A stretch of 56,969 bases of DNA from Armatimonadia bacterium (GTDB lineage: Bacteria > Armatimonadota > Zipacnadia > Zipacnadales > UBA11051): assembly GCA_039683575.1 (NCBI GenBank), contig JBDKRC010000347.1:1-56969 (forward strand), given 5' to 3'. The notes beneath the pieces are model-generated. The model was not told the DNA's origin. It saw only the letters and a program-made list of their open reading frames with translations, and did not search any database. Of the stretch, positions 35,192 to 43,016 are shown in pieces (within the stretch, counting starts at the first letter, position 1; the number at the start of each line of letters is the position of its first letter). Both the position numbers and the translations under genes were made by a program.

Positions 35192-35242
35192 TTGACAAAA
35201 GCAGAGCAAATTATGCATGATCTCTATCAAGGAAGTAGAGAT
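35192..35242 (+). promoter_or_regulatory. Promoter and palindromic operator upstream of the Rrf2 gene
   Basis: TTGACA (35192) with CATGAT 18 nt downstream; ATCTCTA-N9-TAGAGAT inverted repeat at 35220-35242. Confidence 0.55.
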
Positions 35243-35246
35243 AGCT

Positions 35247-35696
35247 ATGATGCAAGTTGCTCAGAAGACCCGTTACGCACTCCGCGCCATGTTCGAATTG
35301 GCCAAGCACTATGGTCAAGGTCCGATGCGAATCAGCGATGTGGCCCAGAACCAGGCCATTCCGCCCCGATTCCTCGAGGGCATCCTGAACCAGCTCCGGC
35401 AGGCAGGGCTGCTACGGTCGGTGCGTGGCGCCCGAGGTGGGTATGAATTCGCCGAAGACCCGGCCACCGTCTCGGTCGGGGATATGATCCGGGTGATCGA
35501 GGGGCCAATCACTTTGGCCTCATGTGTGGAGGATGACAATCCGGAGGACTGCCCCCTGTTTGGCAACTGTGTTTTCCTCCCGATGTGGAAGCGGGCGGCC
35601 GAGGCTCTGGCGGAAGTATATGATGGTACGAGCTTTGCGGACCTGGTGCAGATGGAACGCGACAACGAGGCCAAAGCGCTCACATATTGCATCTAA
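35247..35696 (+). CDS. Rrf2 family transcriptional regulator (IscR/CymR-like)
   Basis: KTRYALRAMFELA, FLEGILNQLRQAGL..SVRGARGGY, IEGP, three Cys (CVEDDNPEDCPLFGNC), C-terminus LTYCI. Confidence 0.95.
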   Translation: MMQVAQKTRYALRAMFELAKHYGQGPMRISDVAQNQAIPPRFLEGILNQLRQAGLLRSVRGARGGYEFAEDPATVSVGDMIRVIEGPITLASCVEDDNPEDCPLFGNCVFLPMWKRAAEALAEVYDGTSFADLVQMERDNEAKALTYCI

Positions 35697-35884
35697 TTCG
35701 CGCAAACGAAGTTAACCAATGTAACGATTCGGTCCGGTTTTGTACCATGACCAGAAGGTTGTGAACCGTTCCGCGGTCTGTAACCAAAGAATACCTCATT
35801 CGCCTCCAGGTTTCTCCGAGCCTGGAGGCGAACTGCGTTTCTGCATAGAGGTCAACCTTGAGTTGCTGCCAGGAGTGTATGCAC

Positions 35885-36874
35885 ATGCTAAGCGATCCCC
35901 GAACAGTCCGCCCCTACCAGCTTGCCTGTCTCGTCTGCCGCGCGGGTAGTGAAAGCCCCGAGGGGCCCCAGGAGCGGGTGGCCGACCTGGCCGAGCAGAT
36001 CCGCCTGCAGCCCGACCTGCCGCTGCTGGTGGCAATGAACAGTGGTGAGATATTCGCCTACCAGGACCCGGGGACTGCGGACGATACGCCGGAGAGCGCG
36101 GACTTCAATCTCAAGCGCGACCTCGACCTGCTGCAATGGCTCGACCTCGCCCCTGGGACCGTCCTGCCGGCGAGACTGCTGCTGGGCCGGCTGCTGCTGC
36201 GGATCCCGTCGGTGAAGGGGATCTGCGGGTATGAGAAAGTGACTGGTGAGGCCTGGAGGGGGTGTTCCAGGGCCTTCAGCGGGGACTACGAGCGCGGGCA
36301 GGCCATGGGGCTGAAGGGGTTGCTGCCCCAGCGGACGCGGGAGGAGATGGAGGCGGATAAGGCGCGGTCCATGGCGGCGCTGCGAACGGCCGAGGTGGTC
36401 AAGATCCGCCCGCACATCCTGCTGTGCTCAGTGTGCCAGTACGCCAACGGGGCGCGGCCGCCGTTTGCCGAGGACAATCTGCCAGAGCTTTTGCAGATGG
36501 TCATGGAGAAGGACTGCAAGCTCAAGGTGAAGCTGGTGCCGAGCGCTGACTGGGACATGTGCGCCCCATGCCCGAGCCGGATCGATGGCAACGACGGGTG
36601 TGTGTGCGGGAAGATCGGGTCTGGGGGGCTGTACAACCAGGTTAAGGATGTGAACGTCCTGCAGGCGCTGGGGCTGACGTATGGGACAGTGATGGAGGCC
36701 CGGGAGATGTACCGGCTGATCTTCGACCGCATCCCGGCGGTGTCAGGGGTATGCGTGCTGAACTCGATTCCGGTGCCGGAGTACTCGGTCTGGCATGACG
36801 GGTGCAGCAACAACCCGCAGCCGGGGGCATACGAGAAAGGCCGGGAGATGCTGCGGGAGGTCTTTGCGGAGTAG
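35885..36874 (+). CDS. Cys-rich protein with an internally duplicated DUF1284-like domain
   Basis: VRPYQLACLVC / IRPHILLCSVC and later paired segments; DWDMCAPCP; AGGAG RBS. Confidence 0.8.
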   Translation: MLSDPRTVRPYQLACLVCRAGSESPEGPQERVADLAEQIRLQPDLPLLVAMNSGEIFAYQDPGTADDTPESADFNLKRDLDLLQWLDLAPGTVLPARLLLGRLLLRIPSVKGICGYEKVTGEAWRGCSRAFSGDYERGQAMGLKGLLPQRTREEMEADKARSMAALRTAEVVKIRPHILLCSVCQYANGARPPFAEDNLPELLQMVMEKDCKLKVKLVPSADWDMCAPCPSRIDGNDGCVCGKIGSGGLYNQVKDVNVLQALGLTYGTVMEAREMYRLIFDRIPAVSGVCVLNSIPVPEYSVWHDGCSNNPQPGAYEKGREMLREVFAE

Positions 36875-36965
36875 GGAACGGCGAAGGTACGCCCGAGCCA
36901 ACCACGAACTACCTCATATCTATTCTGTCGCTCCGCCCTAACACTTGCTTTGGGAGGAATGGCTG

Positions 36966-39900
36966 ATGCGTCGCTTGCTCTTTCCCCTTGTTGTTCTCCT
37001 GGTATGTCTTCCTTCGTTCGCGCAGGACAATCCCGTCACTAACGGTTCCTTCGAAAGCGTCAACCAACTCGGTGAGGCGCAGGACTGGGAGTTCATGGGT
37101 GCGGTCAAGGTTGTGGACCAGCCGCACTCGGGGCAGCGGGGGCTGCTGCTGGAACGCACGGCGAAGGACAAAGGTGAGACCGGCCTGAACCGGCGGTGGA
37201 AGATCGACTCGGGCGAGCAGGGCGCGATGCTGTCGCAGCTCAAGGGCGGGCTGGAGTTTTGGTACAAGGCGCTAGCCGCAGAGCCGGGGGCGCGTCTGAC
37301 GGTTGGGCTGATTGCCATGACGTCGGTGCCCAAGGAGGGGACGGGGGAGCCGCGGGTGATGTATGAGGTCCCCGTGTCGCAGGTGGGTGACGGGCAGTGG
37401 CACCGGGGGCTGATCAAGTATGACTTCAGCGGCAATGAGCTGGCGAAGTGGGTGCATGTCTCGGCTCGCATCTCCGGCGCGCCGGGGAAGCTGCTGCTGG
37501 ATGACATCAAGTGGGTGGCCTCGGTGGGGCCGCTGTCGCAGGTGGGGCATCTGACGCTCACCGAGACGCCTGGGCAGGAGGGGGAGAGTTGCACGGTGCG
37601 GGCGCAGGTGAAGAACATCGGCGATGCGCCGTTGCAGAAGGCGCAGGCGACGCTGACGGTGCCAGGGTACTTGCAGGTACCAGGTGGCGCGGCGCGGGAG
37701 GTCCCGGCGCTGGAGCCGGATGGGGTTTGCCACCTGCAGTGGCAGGTGACTGGGCTACGGGACCGGGCGGATACGCTGGGCGTGCAGGTGAAGGCGGGGG
37801 AGCAGGTGGCGGAGGACAAGCTGGCGCTGGCGGCGGACGTGCAGGTGGAGCAACTGCAGGCCGAGCGGTTCCTGCTGGCGCCGGGGGAGACGGCGAAGCT
37901 GCGACTGGTCGTGGTCAACACCGGCAACGCGGCGGCGAAGGGACTGCTGGGGCGGCTGGTGGACACCGGGGCTGCGCGGCAGGCGGTGGCGGAGCGGGGC
38001 GAGAGGAGAATTGACCTAGTGCGGCCCGGCACGAGCACTACGGTTGAATGGACGGCCTCACTGAAGCAGATTGCGCCCGCGGTGCGGGTTGAGGCAGAGC
38101 TAGTGCAGGGGGCGGGGACGGTGGGCAAGGGGGCAGTGGAACTGGTATGCGCGCCGCCAATGCCGGCGGTTCCGGCTGTGGGGGCGGGAGCGTATGCGAA
38201 GGTCTGGCCGCAGGGGGCAGTGGTGGGCAATGAGACCGTGCGGCTGGTGTTCGCGATGCCGCTGCCGTCGCCGGGGTGGCTGCAGGTGAAGAAGGAGGCG
38301 CAGTGGCAGACGGTGGGGGTGCTGCCGAACTTAGGGGCCGTGGCGACGGCCCCGGCGAGCGAGGGGGAAGGGCTGAGGGTGATTGAGCCGATGAAGGTTC
38401 TGGCGAGCGAGAAGCCGGACGGGGCGGCTTTGAGTTTGGAAAGCGGGGCGTTCGGAGCAGCAGGTGGACAGCGCTACTATGCCATGTGGACGCTCAGATG
38501 CCGGGCAGGCACCGACACCGTTGACTATGAGATGGCACTCGGGACGGAGAAGGACGGCGAGTTGTACGGGCTGCACGGGCCGATGCTGTATGTGGGCGAA
38601 GGGGGCTGGGGCGGTAAGAAGACCGAGGCAGTGTTCCCCGGTCTGGAGTGGCTGGTGGGGGATGAGGTCTCGTCTTCGACGCTGGACATCTCACCGCTGT
38701 TGATGGAGCGGTGGCGGTGGTGCCCGCCGGCCCATGCGGTGACGATTCCGGCCATGAGCGTGTACCACGACGGGATCACGGTGGGGCTGCTGTGGGACCA
38801 TTTGCAGAAGACGGGAGAGCTGACGCGCCCGCGGGCGGTCTTTGGGGTGCCGGACAGGTTTGAGGGGCGGAACGCGTGCTTGCTGGGGCTCATGGCGCCG
38901 GGCGGGGCCGATCCGGAGTGGTGGGTCGCGCCGCGTAGGGCGACGGAGCAGCCGTGGCCGGTGAAGCTGGGGCAGCCGCTGAGGCTTACGGCGCAGCTAT
39001 ATGCAAAGGCAGGAACGACTGACGCGTTGACAGCGATGGATCGCTGGTTCGCGATCCATGGGGCCCCTAAGCCGGAGCGACTGCCGCACGGTAAAGACTG
39101 GAAGGATGAGATCGCCTTCAGCGCACGCGGGTACCTCGATTCGCTGTGGGACCCGAAGACCCAGAAGTGGTTTGCGTCGCTGAACGGGCCGCAGCAGATG
39201 ATGGGGCTGGGCTGGCACCCGCAGTACCTGTATGACGTGGTCTATGCCAGCAGGCTGAGCCCCGACCCGGAGATCAAGCGGCGGTGTATTGAGCGGGCGG
39301 CGGAGGTGCAGCGGCTCAGCGGTGGGCAGGCTCCGGCGGCCGAGGACATGGCCTTTGAGTTCGGCAAGCCGGTGGCGCGCCTGATCGGACAGGGCGACGT
39401 CGCGGCGGGGCTGATCAGGTCGCAGGGGGCGGATGGGGCGTGGCGGTTCCGAGCGCGGATTGAGAAGTCGGGCATCTTTGCGGGGAGAGACTATGGGGAA
39501 CTGGGGCCGGATCAGGCGGCGGAGGTGGGGACTTGCGCGGCCAATGCGTATAACCTGCTGCGATATGCGCGGATGACCGGCGACCCGCAGGCGACGGCGG
39601 CGGGGCTTAAGGCGCTGGAGTTCATGAGACAGTTCACAGTGCCCCGCGCGGCGCAGGTGTGGGAAGTGCCGGTGCATACGCCGGATGTGCTGGCCTCGGC
39701 GGATGCGTGCGAGGCGTACCTGGAGGCGTACCAGATAACCGGAGACAAGCAGTATCTGCAGCAGGCGGTGTTCTGGGCGCGAACCGGGCTGCCGTTCTGC
39801 TATATGTGGGACACGCCGGGGTATGAGAGCTTGCGGTACGCTTCGATCCCCGTGTTCGGCGCAAGCTGGTATACGTGCAACTGGTTCGGGCGGCCGGTGC

Positions 39901-40946
39901 AGTGGAACGGGCTGCGATTAGCGAGGGCATACACGAAGCTGCAGGCGCACGACCAGAGCTATCCGTGGGCGACAATTGCCGAGGGGCTGACGGTTAGCTG
40001 CATGTGGCAGCAGCATGGGGCGCAGACGGGCGGCACGGATATCTGGCCGGACCATAATGAGAAGTGGACCGCACTATGGCCGGACAACTTCGACAGCGTG
40101 AGCCTCAAGCGCTGCCCGTGGGTGTTTGCGCCGCGACAGATACTGGACCTCGTATACAGGTTCATGGGCTTCCAGCCGGAGCCGCAGACGGCGGTGATCT
40201 CGGCACAGGCGCCGCGGATTACGGCTTGCGCGGCTATAACGGAAGCCAAGTTCGCGGGGGAGAAGCTGTCGGCGATGCTGCAGTCGACTCCACCGCAGAC
40301 GAGCCAGGTGATCGTGTGCAATACCAGCAGGCCGGCGGCGGTGACGGTGAATGGCGCGGCGCTGCCGGAGGTGGCGAAGCTGGCAGACGTGGCCGGGCCG
40401 GGGTGGGAGTACCTGCCGAGTTACAAACTGCTGCTGATCAAGCCAGGGGAGGCCGCGAAAGCGAGGCTGGAGGTCAGCGGCGTGCGGTATGAGCAGGGGA
40501 GGCTGGTGGCGCCGACGGTGACGAGCCTTGACTTCAACTTCGAGGCCGATAGCGAAGGGTGGCGGATGGCGCATGATCTGGGGGAGGCGGCGGTGCGCGA
40601 GGGCGTGCTGCACCTGGCAGTCACGGGAAGCGACCCGTACCTGGTGCGGTCGAACCTCGATCTGGCGCCTGACACCGTGAAGGCGATTGCGCTGCGGCTG
40701 GCGGTGCCGCCGGAGTCCAGGGGGGACCTGCAGGTGTTCTGGACGACGAGCGAGTCGCCGGATTTCGCGGAGGCGAGGTCTGCGCGGGCGCCGATGGTGG
40801 CGGATGGCCAGTTTCACGAGGTGACGGTGAAGGTGGGGGACAACCCGCAGTGGGCCGGCAAGCGCGTGACGGGGCTGCGGCTCGATCCGGGCGGCGGACC
40901 GGCTGGGGTGGAGGTTCGAGTTGATTATGTGAAGGCGGGGCTGTAG
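36966..40946 (+). CDS. Large secreted multidomain protein (CBM-like, Ig-like, alpha/alpha toroid, C-terminal CBM-like); putative carbohydrate-active enzyme
   Basis: GGAGG RBS; signal peptide; NPVTNGSFE..LLLDDI CBM-like; VKNIGD/VVNTGN Ig-like repeats; AQVWEVPVHTPDVLA helical core; FNFE..EGW..DPYL..LRLDP. Confidence 0.85.
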   Translation: MRRLLFPLVVLLVCLPSFAQDNPVTNGSFESVNQLGEAQDWEFMGAVKVVDQPHSGQRGLLLERTAKDKGETGLNRRWKIDSGEQGAMLSQLKGGLEFWYKALAAEPGARLTVGLIAMTSVPKEGTGEPRVMYEVPVSQVGDGQWHRGLIKYDFSGNELAKWVHVSARISGAPGKLLLDDIKWVASVGPLSQVGHLTLTETPGQEGESCTVRAQVKNIGDAPLQKAQATLTVPGYLQVPGGAAREVPALEPDGVCHLQWQVTGLRDRADTLGVQVKAGEQVAEDKLALAADVQVEQLQAERFLLAPGETAKLRLVVVNTGNAAAKGLLGRLVDTGAARQAVAERGERRIDLVRPGTSTTVEWTASLKQIAPAVRVEAELVQGAGTVGKGAVELVCAPPMPAVPAVGAGAYAKVWPQGAVVGNETVRLVFAMPLPSPGWLQVKKEAQWQTVGVLPNLGAVATAPASEGEGLRVIEPMKVLASEKPDGAALSLESGAFGAAGGQRYYAMWTLRCRAGTDTVDYEMALGTEKDGELYGLHGPMLYVGEGGWGGKKTEAVFPGLEWLVGDEVSSSTLDISPLLMERWRWCPPAHAVTIPAMSVYHDGITVGLLWDHLQKTGELTRPRAVFGVPDRFEGRNACLLGLMAPGGADPEWWVAPRRATEQPWPVKLGQPLRLTAQLYAKAGTTDALTAMDRWFAIHGAPKPERLPHGKDWKDEIAFSARGYLDSLWDPKTQKWFASLNGPQQMMGLGWHPQYLYDVVYASRLSPDPEIKRRCIERAAEVQRLSGGQAPAAEDMAFEFGKPVARLIGQGDVAAGLIRSQGADGAWRFRARIEKSGIFAGRDYGELGPDQAAEVGTCAANAYNLLRYARMTGDPQATAAGLKALEFMRQFTVPRAAQVWEVPVHTPDVLASADACEAYLEAYQITGDKQYLQQAVFWARTGLPFCYMWDTPGYESLRYASIPVFGASWYTCNWFGRPVQWNGLRLARAYTKLQAHDQSYPWATIAEGLTVSCMWQQHGAQTGGTDIWPDHNEKWTALWPDNFDSVSLKRCPWVFAPRQILDLVYRFMGFQPEPQTAVISAQAPRITACAAITEAKFAGEKLSAMLQSTPPQTSQVIVCNTSRPAAVTVNGAALPEVAKLADVAGPGWEYLPSYKLLLIKPGEAAKARLEVSGVRYEQGRLVAPTVTSLDFNFEADSEGWRMAHDLGEAAVREGVLHLAVTGSDPYLVRSNLDLAPDTVKAIALRLAVPPESRGDLQVFWTTSESPDFAEARSARAPMVADGQFHEVTVKVGDNPQWAGKRVTGLRLDPGGGPAGVEVRVDYVKAGL

Positions 40947-40982
40947 GGCAGAGGCCTGGGGGGAGGCGGGGCGTTGCGTGTG

Positions 40983-41015
40983 GCGGGGGCTGGAGACAGC
41001 CCCCGCTGCTGTTTT
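40983..41015 (+). terminator. Intrinsic terminator
   Basis: GCGGGGGCTG-GAGA-CAGCCCCCGC followed by TGCTGTTTT. Confidence 0.65.
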
Positions 41016-41095
41016 GGGGGAAGAGGGCGTGCCTCAGGGGGAGGAAAGCTCGCGTGGAGGCTGCTCGTACGGCGAGGGGGCTTGACGGCCCGGAG

Positions 41096-41210
41096 GCGGG
41101 CGAGACGCCCGCACTACGCGAGGTAAAGGTCGGGTGCTGCGGCTTGAGCGCGGAACTTGGCCCGCACTACGCGAGATAAAGGTCGGGTGCTGCGGCTTGA
41201 GCGCGGAACT
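41096..41210 (-). repeat. REP family B (reverse) plus a 53-bp-period tandem duplication
   Basis: GCGGGCGAGACGCCCGCACTAC; 51-nt units at 41107-41157 and 41160-41210 differ at one base. Confidence 0.85.
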
Positions 41211-41228
41211 CTACCTGGCTGAAAGTAG

Positions 41229-41257
41229 TTGACACCTAAATTATTGAGGAATATAAC
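41229..41257 (+). promoter_or_regulatory. Sigma70 promoter of the RND operon with a palindromic spacer operator
   Basis: TTGACA-17 nt-TATAAC; spacer CCTAAATTATTGAGG matches its reverse complement at 12 of 15 positions. Confidence 0.75.
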
Positions 41258-41372
41258 AGGCGCCGCAAGGAGTCGGCGGGAAGGCTGGCGAAAGCACTCC
41301 CGCCGCCCAGTCCTTGCGAAGGGCGCTGTATGCTTGCGGCCGCCAGTGGGCGGGCCGCCGAAGGGAACGTTG

Positions 41373-43016
41373 ATGAAGCGTCTCATTGCCATCATATTGC
41401 CAGTCGTGATCCTGGGTTCGCTGATTACATGGCGGGTTATCGCCAAGCGCACAGAGGCTGCCGCGATGACCAAGCAGCGGGCGGCGCGCGCGGGTGCGTC
41501 GCCGGAGGTGTGCGCGGTGCCGGCTGAGTTGCGGGAGATTCAGTCGGTATTCGAGGCGACCGGGACTCTGGAAGCCCCGCTGAACGTGAAGATCTCGCCG
41601 AAGATCAGCGGGCGGATCAATTTCCTTGAGGCGCATGAGGGCGATCCCGTGCGGCGGGGGCAGGTGCTGGTGCGACTGGACGCGACGGAGATCGAGGGGG
41701 AGGTGCGGCGGCAGCAGGCGGCGGTGGCAGAGGCCGAATACCGGCTGGCGCAGGCGCAGATCAACGAGGGGCCGACCAAGGCGAACGTGGCGACGCAGAT
41801 CAAGCAGCAGGCGGCGGCGGTGGCGAGCGCGCGAGCGGACTTCGACCAGGTGCAGCAGAATCTGGCTTCGCAGGTGGCGACGAAAGAAGCGGACGTGTCC
41901 GACCTGCAGGCGCGGGTGCAGAGCGCGCAGGCCGCGATTGACAATGCGAAGGCGCATATCAACAGCGTGAAGGCTACGCTGAATAATGCAGTTACGAAGC
42001 AGAACCGCATAGTGGAGCTGTATAAGCAGGGATATATCGCGGCGCAGGATGTGGATGATGCGAAGGCGGAGGTGGCGGTGCAACAGGCGTCGCTGGAGGC
42101 CGCGCAGGGGCAGCTCTCGGCGGCGCAGTCGGCGCGGGAGTCGGTGCTGGCGCAGAAGCGGGCGTCGGAGCACCAGGTCAGCATCGTGAAGACCAAGGGG
42201 CAAGCGGACATCGAGGCGGCGCGGCAGAAGCTGCGGCAGGCGGAGGCGTCGCTGGAGTTGGCGAAGGCGAACACGGCGCAGAATCCGGCATACCAGCAGG
42301 GGCTGAAGGCGCTGCGGGCGGGGATCGCGTCGGCGAAGGCCAATCTGGCGAGCGCGCGGGCGCGGCGCGGGGATGCGGTGCTGACTTGCCCGATGGACGG
42401 TTATGTGACGCAGCGGTCAGCCGATCCGGGAGCGATGGCGACGCCGGGGCAGGTGCTGCTGACGGTGCAGTTCTTCAAGCAGATCTGGGTGAATGTGTCG
42501 GTGCCTGATACGGTGAGCGCCGTGGCGCGGGTGGGGCAGCCGATCACGGTGACGCTGGATGCGATGCCGGGGAAGACGTTTACGGCGACTGTCGTGCAGG
42601 TTAACCCTTCGGCAGACCCGGAGGCGCGGCAGTTCACGGTACGGGCGGCGCTTGATAACAGAGACAATTCGCTGCGGCCAGGGATGTTCGCGCACGTGTC
42701 GCTGGTCACGGAGAAACTCGTCGGGGTGGTGGCAATCCCTCGTGAGGCGGTGCAGCGCGGGCCGGAGGGGGAGTTTGTGAATTTGCTGGACAGCGAGATG
42801 AAGATAGAGCGGCGACCGGTGACCACGGGGCTGGCGGATGCCAAGTATGTTTCGGTGAAGAGCGGTCTGCAGCCGGGCGAGCAGGTCGTGACGCTTTGCG
42901 CCATCCCGCTCAAGGAGGGGCAGACGGTCAAAGCGGGCGGAGGGGATGAGCAAAAGGGTGAGCGCGGCAGTCGCCAGAGTGGCCCCGGCGCCGGTCAGGG
43001 AGGGTCGCGGCCTTGA
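41373..43016 (+). CDS. RND efflux periplasmic adaptor (membrane fusion protein) with a very long coiled coil
   Basis: N-terminal transmembrane anchor; ISPKISGRI..EGDPVRRGQVL, CPMDGYV, LRPGMFA, SGLQPGEQVV. Confidence 0.93.
   Translation: MKRLIAIILPVVILGSLITWRVIAKRTEAAAMTKQRAARAGASPEVCAVPAELREIQSVFEATGTLEAPLNVKISPKISGRINFLEAHEGDPVRRGQVLVRLDATEIEGEVRRQQAAVAEAEYRLAQAQINEGPTKANVATQIKQQAAAVASARADFDQVQQNLASQVATKEADVSDLQARVQSAQAAIDNAKAHINSVKATLNNAVTKQNRIVELYKQGYIAAQDVDDAKAEVAVQQASLEAAQGQLSAAQSARESVLAQKRASEHQVSIVKTKGQADIEAARQKLRQAEASLELAKANTAQNPAYQQGLKALRAGIASAKANLASARARRGDAVLTCPMDGYVTQRSADPGAMATPGQVLLTVQFFKQIWVNVSVPDTVSAVARVGQPITVTLDAMPGKTFTATVVQVNPSADPEARQFTVRAALDNRDNSLRPGMFAHVSLVTEKLVGVVAIPREAVQRGPEGEFVNLLDSEMKIERRPVTTGLADAKYVSVKSGLQPGEQVVTLCAIPLKEGQTVKAGGGDEQKGERGSRQSGPGAGQGGSRP

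Noticed and set aside
35697-35880. Replication origin at the apparent skew switch
   Set aside because: No clustered DnaA boxes and no dnaA, dnaN or parAB genes nearby.
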